Origin: Escherichia phage RB16
Sequence record: NC_014467.1
DNA length: 64,000 nt
Direction: 5' to 3' (one strand)
The notes under the pieces were generated by a model. That model worked only from the letters and a program-made list of their open reading frames with translations, made no database searches and was not told the DNA's origin. The translations under genes and the position numbers were made by a program. Positions 1 to 7,902 of the stretch are shown in pieces (positions within the stretch are counted from its first letter, which is position 1; each line of letters starts with the position of its first letter).

Positions 1-175
1 GAAAATCAGAGGTTTCTGGGTATTCCCAATTACCATCATCAGAAACAATAGCACCCACTGATAAACCAGTTTCGGGGTTGCGAGTCAACGCCAGCCCCAG
101 CGGGTGCAATATTTCTTTGTTGATTTTCCAGATCAGCCCCATATCGGACAGGGTGTTGAAATCAACAATTTTCAT
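1..175 (-). CDS. hypothetical protein, 5' part only (runs off window start)
   Basis: ATG at 175-173 immediately after stop of next gene; reverse-strand translation MKIVDFNTLSDMGLIWKINKEILHPLGLALTRNPETGL... continues to position 1. Confidence 0.4.
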   Translation of the reverse strand, partial: MKIVDFNTLSDMGLIWKINKEILHPLGLALTRNPETGLSVGAIVSDDGNWEYPETSDF

Positions 176-176
176 G

Positions 177-563
177 TTATGCCTTTGGGACAACACCGAA
201 TGCCAGAAGACCCATACGATGATCGTTATCTGCCTCTTCACGGAAGAAATAGTATTGTTCATCGGAAATATCGATTACGGTGATACCCTCTTTCAGATAC
301 GGCAACAGATATAACGGGATCAGCATCAAATCAGATTCACTGCTCCATTTACGGAAACCCAGATTTTCCATTTCTTCCCGCGTCAAATCATTAGGATCTA
401 CCGGAAAGAAATTAGGCGATTTCATCAGGCGACCAGGAAGGTCACGAATATTGCTGATTGCGAATTCCGTTCCCCATGAAGTGTATTCAATAGGTTCGGC
501 GGCACGGGTTGCGGTAGCAACGAGAATCATTTGGCACAGTTGAAAAGTATTTGGATTGCTCAT
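177..563 (-). CDS. hypothetical protein (128 aa)
   Basis: ORF track; tightly packed with neighbours (4-nt overlap with NUDIX gene). Confidence 0.5.
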   Translation of the reverse strand: MSNPNTFQLCQMILVATATRAAEPIEYTSWGTEFAISNIRDLPGRLMKSPNFFPVDPNDLTREEMENLGFRKWSSESDLMLIPLYLLPYLKEGITVIDISDEQYYFFREEADNDHRMGLLAFGVVPKA

Positions 564-973
564 GATATAGATCCCACAAGTTTAGTCAGAAGGTGTCCCA
601 TAGTCTTACGCGCATGATCGCGGATCTGGCTATACGGAACATATTTGAAGTCATCCATTTCAGTAATGGTTCGACCGTTTTTAACGAAGGTTGAAGCGCA
701 AACACATTTTTCTGCTTCGGGGTAATTATTACCCACATATACGAATAACACAAGCTCTTTTTTACTCGTATAATCAATCAGACCCAGGCTCAACAGTTCG
801 TGTTGTTCAACTACAACGCCCGTTTCCTCGAAGCATTCACGGATAGCAGCATTGATCGGGGATTCGCCTTTTTCGATATGCCCCTTTGGGATGTCCCAAT
901 GAGGCGTTTCGGTTGCGTGACCCATTAAAACGCTGCCGTTATTCAGAAAGAGAATACCAGCAGACCGTTCCAT
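560..973 (-). CDS. nudE: NUDIX hydrolase (T4 NudE-like)
   Basis: Complete Nudix box GHIEKGESPINAAIRECFEETGV (G-x5-E-x7-REUxEExGU); size 137 aa. Confidence 0.8.
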   Translation of the reverse strand: MERSAGILFLNNGSVLMGHATETPHWDIPKGHIEKGESPINAAIRECFEETGVVVEQHELLSLGLIDYTSKKELVLFVYVGNNYPEAEKCVCASTFVKNGRTITEMDDFKYVPYSQIRDHARKTMGHLLTKLVGSIS

Positions 974-1212
974 TACTGTGCTCCGAACTTGCGATCGTAT
1001 GCTGCCAGCGCTTTATCTGCTGCATCAACAGCCTGTGTGTGCTTGTTGTTTGAACGCTCAGTAAACACTTCGCGGTAAATCGCAGTCCAGAGATTGCGGC
1101 GGGTATGTTCACTTTCTTCGTTGACACGAGAAGCCGCAAAAGCATTATGCTCTTTGATTAGTTGCGCCAGTTGCACATCATGATTGTTTTGTTGAATAGC
1201 TGTAGAAGTCAT
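973..1212 (-). CDS. hypothetical protein (79 aa)
   Basis: ORF track; start/stop coupled to flanking genes. Confidence 0.45.
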   Translation of the reverse strand: MTSTAIQQNNHDVQLAQLIKEHNAFAASRVNEESEHTRRNLWTAIYREVFTERSNNKHTQAVDAADKALAAYDRKFGAQ

Positions 1213-1493
1213 AATTCACCTATTTCTTTCAGTTCAGTTTTCAGTTTTTCGAGAGTTGATTGGTACTGAATGCCGTTTTCTGGGTTTGGCAGACGGGCAT
1301 AATACAGCGTACCAGTTTTGTTTATGTCGGACAACACCTCTTGATCGAGGGTAGCCGGATCAATACCGAAAGCCATTTTAAACATGGTTTCCGCGTCTGG
1401 GGCGAATCCGTGAGAGAATGCAAACCCCAGCTTTTTATCAAACTGCATCAGGGATACTTTATTCACTTTTTCCATAATGTTCTTCGTAGTCAT
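1209..1493 (-). CDS. hypothetical protein (start placed at internal Met, MTTKNIMEKV...)
   Basis: ORF 1209..1595 overlaps next gene; internal ATG at about 1493 or 1475 gives a typical short overlap. Confidence 0.4.
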   Translation of the reverse strand: MTTKNIMEKVNKVSLMQFDKKLGFAFSHGFAPDAETMFKMAFGIDPATLDQEVLSDINKTGTLYYARLPNPENGIQYQSTLEKLKTELKEIGEL

Positions 1494-1761
1494 CGCATTC
1501 AGGGAGATAAGTTTCGCAGAACATGCACAGCGTGAAGAAAGTAGGCTGGCGAATCCCGATATTATCAGGTAAGTACATCCAGAACGTGTTAGCAAACACG
1601 ATGAACGTTTTCAGGTTTTCAACGGTTACGGTACTGACACCATCATAACCGGATTGAGCAATTGCGCGTTCCAGGGGAACGGGGTATTGTTCGCAGTAAT
1701 CGACGTAATGATCGCTTGTTACAAGCGCATTAGCCGCCTTTACGAGATCGATAATTTTCAT
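1459..1761 (-). CDS. hypothetical protein (100 aa)
   Basis: ORF track. Confidence 0.45.
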   Translation of the reverse strand: MKIIDLVKAANALVTSDHYVDYCEQYPVPLERAIAQSGYDGVSTVTVENLKTFIVFANTFWMYLPDNIGIRQPTFFTLCMFCETYLPECDDYEEHYGKSE

Positions 1762-2096
1762 GCTTTTACATATTCCACTTTAACAGGTTTGGCGATAAGG
1801 TGATCTTTGGTGTAACCTTGTCCGTCGCAAACATCACAAACGATTTTGAAATCTTCCATTTGGTCGACCCATCCAGAATCAGGCAATCCAGAAGGGTACG
1901 TGTTGAAGGTTTTAACACTGTATCCTTTCCCATCACACTTAGGGCATTTATACGGGTATTTCGATTTGATCGCACTATACAATTGACCCAGTGTGGTCGA
2001 ATGATCAAAGTGTATAACAAATGCTTCAATGTCAGCAATACGCAGTTCGTTTGGCTTGATCACAGTAAACACATTTGAAGGTATGTTTGAGCGCAT
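1758..2096 (-). CDS. zinc-ribbon protein (CPKCDGKGY ... CDVCDGQGY); start probably the internal Met MRSNIPS, ORF-track alternative start at 2228
   Basis: Two CxxC pairs; upstream part of the 156-aa track ORF is overlapped in another frame by a small hydrophobic ORF. Confidence 0.45.
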   Translation of the reverse strand: MRSNIPSNVFTVIKPNELRIADIEAFVIHFDHSTTLGQLYSAIKSKYPYKCPKCDGKGYSVKTFNTYPSGLPDSGWVDQMEDFKIVCDVCDGQGYTKDHLIAKPVKVEYVKA

Positions 2097-2106
2097 AATA
2101 TATTTC

Positions 2107-2247
2107 TCACTTAAAGAATTTTTTGATGAAAGAGAGGAACAATCCACCACCGAACATGATCCAGTATCCCGCGCCGTCACCGTGAAACAGGACGTAAACC
2201 GCGACACCATAACAAAAGATTTCTGCAATATTCAGTAAGTTTCTCAT
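2107..2247 (-). CDS. small hydrophobic protein (46 aa, MRNLLNIAEIFCYGVAVYVLFHGDGAGYWIMFGGGLFLSFIKKFFK)
   Basis: Hand-translated; GGAGGGAG Shine-Dalgarno about 7 nt upstream of ATG at 2247; single predicted membrane helix; below the ORF-track size cutoff. Confidence 0.35.
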   Translation of the reverse strand: MRNLLNIAEIFCYGVAVYVLFHGDGAGYWIMFGGGLFLSFIKKFFK

Positions 2248-2336
2248 AACTCCCTCCTTTGTCTACACCAGGTATTTTACCAGAAAATAGACTACTGTCA
2301 ACAACAAAGTTTTATCAACCCACTTATCACCAGTCA

Positions 2337-2477
2337 TCAGTAGTCACCCATAGGTTGAGAAGAAGCAACGCTCAATACGCGGAAAGAACATTTGTTCCAT
2401 TCACAATATGCTTTCGCACAGTGAACACTACCTTTCATCACAAACCCGTTTGAGAACACCAACCAGTAAAGTTTCAT
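2337..2477 (-). CDS. small ORF (46 aa, MKLYWLVFSNGFVMKGSVHCAKAYCEW...)
   Basis: Strong SD AAGGAGGT 5 nt before ATG at 2477; the longer track ORF 2337..2600 would span a terminator hairpin. Confidence 0.3.
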   Translation of the reverse strand: MKLYWLVFSNGFVMKGSVHCAKAYCEWNKCSFRVLSVASSQPMGDY

Positions 2478-2513
2478 GATTACCTCCTTTGTTTCGACAC
2501 CCCTAATATAACA

Positions 2514-2545
2514 AAAGCCCTTGCACGAATGCAAGGGCTTTTTCA
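2514..2545. terminator. bidirectional rho-independent terminator hairpin
   Basis: GCCCTTGCA-cgaa-TGCAAGGGC followed by T5 on plus strand and preceded by A-run (T-run on minus strand). Confidence 0.55.
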
Positions 2546-2712
2546 AATATTTTTCAACATGCGTAGTTGAGGTGGACAATCTGGAGAAGCAATCAAACAA
2601 TCCAGGCGAGACATAACGCGACGGTATCCGTCATACTCAAACTTGATTTTAGGCGGTACGTAGTTCACGTTAATTGCGTTGCGCGTGTTAATGTTCGCTT
2701 CGTACTCAGGGA

Positions 2713-3234
2713 TCACGAACTCTCGCCGCGATGTTCGATGTGCTCCGTGATATCCTCAACAGTCTTATCAAGGTCCAGAGATTCAGCATCTTCCTTGATA
2801 ATAGTCAAATCTACAGGCAGTGTCAACAGTCTTTTCACTCCGCTGATATCTTCGATACGAGAATCATACGCAAGGGTAACATGCGGTTTGTAGTTGTCAA
2901 AATCGTAAGTCGCTCCGGCATCCATCGCATCATTGAAACGGCTATGCAGATAATCAGACTCCAGAACACCGACGATAGTGTTACCGTATTTTGTGTCCCA
3001 CTTCTCTACGTCAACCAGTCGGGCAGGTTCAGAGATACCAGAGGCAGGGAACAAATCAACCGTCTTACGGCTATACACAATCGTTGTATGAAGTTTTTCA
3101 GCAGACACCGGATTCTCTACACCCAGAAGTTTTTGCACTTGTGCAAGCGCTTCACAGGAAGCCTGATCGAACTTCGCACACATATAGATCCCCGAATCAA
3201 CTACGGGTTTCGCAACTTCAATAAAACTTTTCAT
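2713..3234 (-). CDS. 57B: gp57B-like protein (assigned by position next to gp57A/gp1)
   Basis: Synteny with T4 57B-57A-1-3 order; size 173 aa; no motif recognised. Confidence 0.45.
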   Translation of the reverse strand: MKSFIEVAKPVVDSGIYMCAKFDQASCEALAQVQKLLGVENPVSAEKLHTTIVYSRKTVDLFPASGISEPARLVDVEKWDTKYGNTIVGVLESDYLHSRFNDAMDAGATYDFDNYKPHVTLAYDSRIEDISGVKRLLTLPVDLTIIKEDAESLDLDKTVEDITEHIEHRGESS

Positions 3235-3247
3235 GTGTACTCCAAAT

Positions 3248-3270
3248 GAAAAAGGGGCCGAAGCCCCTAG
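3248..3270 (-). terminator. rho-independent terminator between gp57A and gp57B
   Basis: Minus strand AGGGGC-ttcg-GCCCCT followed by T5. Confidence 0.5.
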
Positions 3271-3288
3271 TGGTTAAACGCCTAAGCG

Positions 3289-3549
3289 TTAAGCATCTTT
3301 TGTTTCTGCGTCATCGGTTTCATCGGCTTCCGGCAGAAGTGCTTTGATAGCACCCAGCAGAGCATCAGGGGTTACACCCTGGGAACCGTCGATTTCCAGC
3401 AGACCGCAAATTTGACCGACGAGTTGGCGATGGCTTTGCAGTTCCTGATCTTTACCCTGAATGATTTCATTCAGATCGAATACACGGGCTTTCAGGATCA
3501 GTACATCGTTTTGCAGTTGCTGGGTTTGGTTTTGGGTTTGTTCAGTCAT
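3289..3549 (-). CDS. 57A: gp57A tail fibre assembly chaperone
   Basis: 86-aa acidic coiled-coil protein MTEQTQNQTQQLQNDVLILKARV..., same size class and character as T4 gp57A; directly upstream of gene 1. Confidence 0.7.
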   Translation of the reverse strand: MTEQTQNQTQQLQNDVLILKARVFDLNEIIQGKDQELQSHRQLVGQICGLLEIDGSQGVTPDALLGAIKALLPEADETDDAETKDA

Positions 3550-3560
3550 TGTTTACACTC

Positions 3561-4220
3561 TTAAAAGTTAAATACATTCAGTACGTTAGTTTTCAATTCA
3601 CCAAGCGTACCATTATTTAGGATGATAATATCAGTGGGTTGCGGTTTCAAGCCTTTCTCAGTTGAATGACTATCATCTTCCCCCGTATCACGTTCGATGA
3701 ATACAAATTTAGTCCCGAACTTGCTCAGGTATTTATATTCATGTTTTTGTCGAACGTCTGTAATGATAAAGTGATCTTTATCGGATTTCAAGATTTTCTT
3801 CAATACAATGTCAGTCCATACAGAATCGTTCTCATTGCAAACGATGTCAGTACCGAAAACCTGCATCAAACGGCGTATTGTCCAGGGATGTTTGTTTGTT
3901 TGGCAAATTTCATACGCGATGATATCAGCATTATTAAGCCAGTACCCGCGTTTAGTCAACGATTCAATGCCATTAGCAAACACCATACGCGCACATTCGT
4001 TAGACATCAACAGGGGTGCTTCCCGATCCCCTGAATAGAATGGGTTTGTTTTAGAGAGTTCTCGCAGATAGCGATTCCCTGATGCAGACATTCCATTTCT
4101 CAGGATACTCTTTATTTCATCAGCAAGCGCGATTGCTTCAACGTTCTGATAGTTATCCAAAACGAATTGAGAAACGGTGTCTTTACCTGTTCTCTTTTTT
4201 CCGCAAATACCATAAATCAT
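3561..4220 (-). CDS. 1: gp1 deoxynucleoside monophosphate kinase
   Basis: N-terminal GICGKKRTGKDT P-loop and RRLMQVFGTD motif as in T4 gp1; 219 aa. Confidence 0.85.
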   Translation of the reverse strand: MIYGICGKKRTGKDTVSQFVLDNYQNVEAIALADEIKSILRNGMSASGNRYLRELSKTNPFYSGDREAPLLMSNECARMVFANGIESLTKRGYWLNNADIIAYEICQTNKHPWTIRRLMQVFGTDIVCNENDSVWTDIVLKKILKSDKDHFIITDVRQKHEYKYLSKFGTKFVFIERDTGEDDSHSTEKGLKPQPTDIIILNNGTLGELKTNVLNVFNF

Positions 4221-4756
4221 GATTCTTTTTTCCGTGGAGTCGGCACGAGTACCTTTCCGTCTATCTCAATTTCCATATGTGCGAAGTTGAACATAGCCAT
4301 ACAGGAAACGGCTTCATCCGAGTCATTAGTGTACATAAGCTCAAGCTCTCCCAGGTTGGAGGGCCAAGCACCATAAAAGCGAAATGTCGCCACAGTTTTT
4401 GATTGCGAGTTATCCAGGATGTGTAAAGCCATTGCCTGTTGTGGTTCACTCCATCGAATTGAATCGAAGGTGTTAAAATCACAGGTTCCAAGCATCCACA
4501 GGTAAACACCCAGATACGAACGCAATTCTTCATCAACAGCAAAACGGATAGTCAACGGATCGAACTCCATTGCAGATCCAGGGATTTTCCCACGGATCAT
4601 AGGGTTCAATGGTACTTCCGTAATTGGAATGTTGACAGAAGGTAGTGTAACACCCTGAATTTGTAGTTTCAACCCTTTCATATAATCATTATCAGGAATA
4701 TCTAACATAAAGTTAGTTGGTGAAATCTGGTTCAGGATCATAGCAGTAGTGTTCAT
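4217..4756 (-). CDS. 3: gp3 tail completion and sheath stabiliser protein
   Basis: 179 aa, position after gene 1 as in T4 (T4 gp3 is about 176 aa). Confidence 0.65.
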   Translation of the reverse strand: MNTTAMILNQISPTNFMLDIPDNDYMKGLKLQIQGVTLPSVNIPITEVPLNPMIRGKIPGSAMEFDPLTIRFAVDEELRSYLGVYLWMLGTCDFNTFDSIRWSEPQQAMALHILDNSQSKTVATFRFYGAWPSNLGELELMYTNDSDEAVSCMAMFNFAHMEIEIDGKVLVPTPRKKES

Positions 4757-4789
4757 TAATGATCTCCATTTTGTAGATATTTATGTAGA

Positions 4790-4960
4790 CCGTGAGCGAA
4801 GCGAACACACGAACGAAGTGAGTGTTTTTTAACTCAACTACATAATTATATATTTATATTTTATATATAGAGAAAAATGTAGTTTTTGGTATAGTTTTTA
4901 ACCAACTGTAAACTATCCGTCTTCGCTTCGCTTGACGGAACTCGCTTCGCTCGTGATCTT
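4790..4960 (+). repeat. repeat cassette copy A: GC-rich inverted-repeat arms flanking an AT-rich core
   Basis: Arms GAGCGAAGCGA...ACGAACGAAGTGAGTG (4794-4824) and TTCGCTTCGCT...TCGCTTCGCTC (4921-4955); core about 90% identical to copy B at 41798-41966. Confidence 0.8.
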
Positions 4961-4970
4961 GAAAAACTAT

Positions 4971-4999
4971 TTGACCCTTTCAATAAATAGGTATATCAT
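4971..4999 (+). promoter_or_regulatory. sigma70-like early promoter (TTGACC-17-TATCAT) in front of the Ip-like gene; an AATAAATA late-promoter-like motif lies in the spacer
   Basis: Hexamer match and spacing; directly downstream of repeat copy A. Confidence 0.45.
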
Positions 5000-5027
5000 A
5001 CCTATACTTTCAAAAGAGATTGAAAAC

Positions 5028-5813
5028 ATGAAATCATTCAAAGAACTACTGTCTGAATCTGTTCAGACCAAAAAATTTGCTAAAACTGTTGATCTGGTTG
5101 ACCGTGGTAATGCTTCAAAAGGTCAGATCGGTTTCCTGCACTTTGCACACGGTGCTGATTACGATGTGTATGCGCCGGACTCTCACGATCTCGCCTACTT
5201 CGGTAAAGGTGTTGTTCGCCTGAAAGGTAAAACCACTGGTAAAACTCAGGCTGCATATGTTGACTGGGCGAAAGGTACGGTTTCTTTCTATAGCGGCGAT
5301 CCGGCAGATGACCTGAAATTCGACAAGCCAGCGAAATTCAAAGGCGCTTCCCTGTACAAAGAAGCCGAAGAAAATCTGGATCTGTATAATCAGTTAGCGG
5401 AAGACTTCGAAATTGATGTACCGATGGATGAAGCACTGGTGAAAGGTAAGGTGTACAAGCTCCCAAGCAACGATATGCGCTTGCTGTATACCGGACGTAC
5501 CAAAAACAAGCCTACAGGTGAATACGCTGTGTTTACGGTTGTAGATGCCTCCGGTAAGCCTCGTCTGGTATCGGGTAAACGATTTACCCAGGAATACAAA
5601 GGCGATATGCTGTCTAAACTGGTTCTCGCTGAATCGGAAGATCTGAACGAGGCCGCTAAAGGCATTCGCGAAAAAGTTATTGCGGTGTTGGTGAAGCGCG
5701 GGTTTAACGAAAAAGATGCAGAAAAGATGGTTGATAAAAACCTAAAAGATGCGATGAAAGTTCGCCCTGGTGCAACTCCAGGAAAACTAGCGGAAATCGT
5801 GAGCACCTTGTAA
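5028..5813 (+). CDS. internal-protein-like basic protein with capsid-targeting leader (Ip-like)
   Basis: N-terminus MKSFKELLSE matches the T4 internal-protein leader pattern MKTYQEFIAE cleaved by gp21 after L/I-x-E; Lys-rich 262-aa product; strong terminator downstream; ORF track gives a longer ORF from 4932. Confidence 0.6.
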   Translation: MKSFKELLSESVQTKKFAKTVDLVDRGNASKGQIGFLHFAHGADYDVYAPDSHDLAYFGKGVVRLKGKTTGKTQAAYVDWAKGTVSFYSGDPADDLKFDKPAKFKGASLYKEAEENLDLYNQLAEDFEIDVPMDEALVKGKVYKLPSNDMRLLYTGRTKNKPTGEYAVFTVVDASGKPRLVSGKRFTQEYKGDMLSKLVLAESEDLNEAAKGIREKVIAVLVKRGFNEKDAEKMVDKNLKDAMKVRPGATPGKLAEIVSTL

Positions 5814-5817
5814 AAAT

Positions 5818-5848
5818 AAAGCCCCTTCCTTTCGGTTGGGGCTTTTTT
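5818..5848. terminator. bidirectional rho-independent terminator (AAAGCCCC-loop-GGGGCTTT + T7), copy 1
   Basis: Hairpin between convergent Ip-like gene (+) and gp2 (-); near-identical hairpin at 42925-42958. Confidence 0.75.
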
Positions 5849-6702
5849 TAATATCGGTTCCAAACTTTTTTCGCGCTGTATGGTTTTCCTTTCGACTGGA
5901 AAGCCTGTGTAGGCAACCAAACTGCTTTCGCCCAGTCTTTTGGGGCTATCTCTGCAAGAGGTGATCGCAGGTGCGCAGGTAAGTATGCTTTGATCATTTG
6001 ATCTGCACCGCGCATCCCTTTCACGTTGTTCCAGTTGATTTTCAATCTGGTTTTGTTTGAAAGGCGATCTGTTGATCCGTATCCACGTTTCAAAAGTTCT
6101 TCTAAAAACTCTTGACGGGCTTTAGGTGGCGCATAGTGCAAGTTCAAACCGTACAGAACTAAATTACCCGCTTTAGAACGTCCTGAACCCAGGAAGATGA
6201 TTAGCGGGAACCGATCCCAGTATGGTAGGGTATCTTTGTATTTCGCGTCATACACGAACGTATACAATCGCCCTGTTGCTGGTTTCGCTACCCTGTGCGT
6301 TTTGATGCTGGTTTTGATGAAGTCACCAAACCAATCGGTTGAATCCTTTTGACGTTTCGCAGCAGAAACACCCACTGTAATTTTCCGTAAACTATTTCGG
6401 AAGTCGTTGATGATGTCAACTGTATGTTTTTTGCGATAGTCATTGCGTTTTCGTCGGGCTTCGGTTTCTGCTGTACGTCGCGAGATTTCATCATCAATCT
6501 GCTGTTTATAGCGGTGCATAGACTTTGTGAACGTTGCGTATGCAATCCCGTTTTCGTCCGCGAATTTTTTGGCTGTCATGCCTTTTAATTTTGCGCGTCT
6601 GAATTTAACACCCAGTTCAACCCATTCACCAAGTTTTCGCTTCGGTGGCGGTTTCGGCTTATCTTCTTCTGCGATGATCTCAAACTCAAATATAAAACTC
6701 AT
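5848..6702 (-). CDS. 2: gp2 DNA end protector protein
   Basis: 284 aa, position and size as T4 gp2; basic N-terminus. Confidence 0.7.
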   Translation of the reverse strand: MSFIFEFEIIAEEDKPKPPPKRKLGEWVELGVKFRRAKLKGMTAKKFADENGIAYATFTKSMHRYKQQIDDEISRRTAETEARRKRNDYRKKHTVDIINDFRNSLRKITVGVSAAKRQKDSTDWFGDFIKTSIKTHRVAKPATGRLYTFVYDAKYKDTLPYWDRFPLIIFLGSGRSKAGNLVLYGLNLHYAPPKARQEFLEELLKRGYGSTDRLSNKTRLKINWNNVKGMRGADQMIKAYLPAHLRSPLAEIAPKDWAKAVWLPTQAFQSKGKPYSAKKVWNRY

Positions 6703-7388
6703 AATTCCCTCCGTTTACACTTATCACCATGCCAACGTTTAAACATACCCGGCCTGAAACTATTACCGCAGTATTGGCATTCCATTTTCTCTATATTTGA
6801 AACTGCTTCCCTTATGCGTATCTTTTGTTCTTCTGTTCGGGGTTTCCCCTTTCTAGCATCTGCTGATTTTTTTACTGCATCAGGGGGCATAGTTTTTCCT
6901 GAACATGAGATAGAAATTTTTTGTTTATGTTCTTCTGATAGAGATCTCCCTACCTTAGCGTTTCTCATCTTTTCTATAGACTGTTCGTTGAATAGCCCTG
7001 GTCGAGTTTTACCTTTCAATGGATTGACCCACCCATCTTTCATTTTGCGAGATTTACCTATTTTTGCTTTACTCATTTTCTCTCGCGTTTCGCTGGATGC
7101 TGTTGTGTATGATACCCCACCCTCCCCACCAATTTTTAAATTGTATGTGTGTTCCGATAGCACGAACTCGCGATTGACAAGTTCCTTTTCTTTATCATAC
7201 ATTTCAGAAGGGGTGTCAAACACATACAATATACTTTTTGTGAAGTTGTGTATGCCATATTTGGTTTGTGCTTTCAATAAAAGTTTACCAGACCCCATAT
7301 ACGAATCATTCACATCTGTGGTTGCATGTGCGCCGATATAAATTTTATCGTTGATATTGTTTTTAATCTGATAGACTAAATATTTCAT
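6699..7388 (-). CDS. GIY-YIG homing endonuclease (Seg-like) inserted between genes 2 and 4
   Basis: N-terminal KYLVYQIKNNINDKIYIGAHATT GIY-YIG motif; C-terminal CQYCGNSF zinc finger; start chosen at the Met before the motif, which abuts the gp4 stop (7385-7387) in ATGA form. Confidence 0.8.
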   Translation of the reverse strand: MKYLVYQIKNNINDKIYIGAHATTDVNDSYMGSGKLLLKAQTKYGIHNFTKSILYVFDTPSEMYDKEKELVNREFVLSEHTYNLKIGGEGGVSYTTASSETREKMSKAKIGKSRKMKDGWVNPLKGKTRPGLFNEQSIEKMRNAKVGRSLSEEHKQKISISCSGKTMPPDAVKKSADARKGKPRTEEQKIRIREAVSNIEKMECQYCGNSFRPGMFKRWHGDKCKRREL

Positions 7389-7858
7389 TTCTCGTACCCT
7401 TTCCATCCAAAAACACGTTTGAGGGTGTCTTCGGTTATGATCTTGAACTCCCATCCTTTTGCTTTACATGCAGCATTGGCGGCTTTCCATTTGTCTATAT
7501 TTATGGAGTAAACATAGAGAGCATCAACAAATTTCTTTTTGTTGTGAACGTTGTTGTTCGCTGGCTTAGGTGGGGGCAATGTTTCTTTCATCGGTTTGAC
7601 TTCCCATAGGTAGGTCACACCGTTATCCATCTCAACATAAAAATCCATGAAGTAACGCCGTCTTTTACCGTCTGCGTTGCTGAAATAAGGTATCACAACC
7701 TCTTCACTGTTCCAGCGTTTCACATGCGGATTCCTGTCAAGCCAGTTCATTATATATTTTTCCCAGCTTGACCGATACGTTATCTTTCGAGGATCGCCTT
7801 TATATTTTGTTATGTTCTGGGGCATAAAAGACCCCTTGTACGTCTGTCTTCCAGCCAT
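7385..7858 (-). CDS. 4: gp4 head completion protein
   Basis: 157 aa, position relative to genes 2 and 53. Confidence 0.7.
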   Translation of the reverse strand: MAGRQTYKGSFMPQNITKYKGDPRKITYRSSWEKYIMNWLDRNPHVKRWNSEEVVIPYFSNADGKRRRYFMDFYVEMDNGVTYLWEVKPMKETLPPPKPANNNVHNKKKFVDALYVYSINIDKWKAANAACKAKGWEFKIITEDTLKRVFGWKGYEK

Positions 7859-7902
7859 TATAGATCCTAAATATAGTAAACATTAGATAGGGGAAATTAC
7901 AA

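Noticed and set aside
4932-5027. Upstream extension of the Ip-like ORF (track start at 4932)
   Set aside because: The extension runs through the repeat arm and promoter; the Met at 5028 gives the capsid-targeting-type leader MKSFKELLSE.
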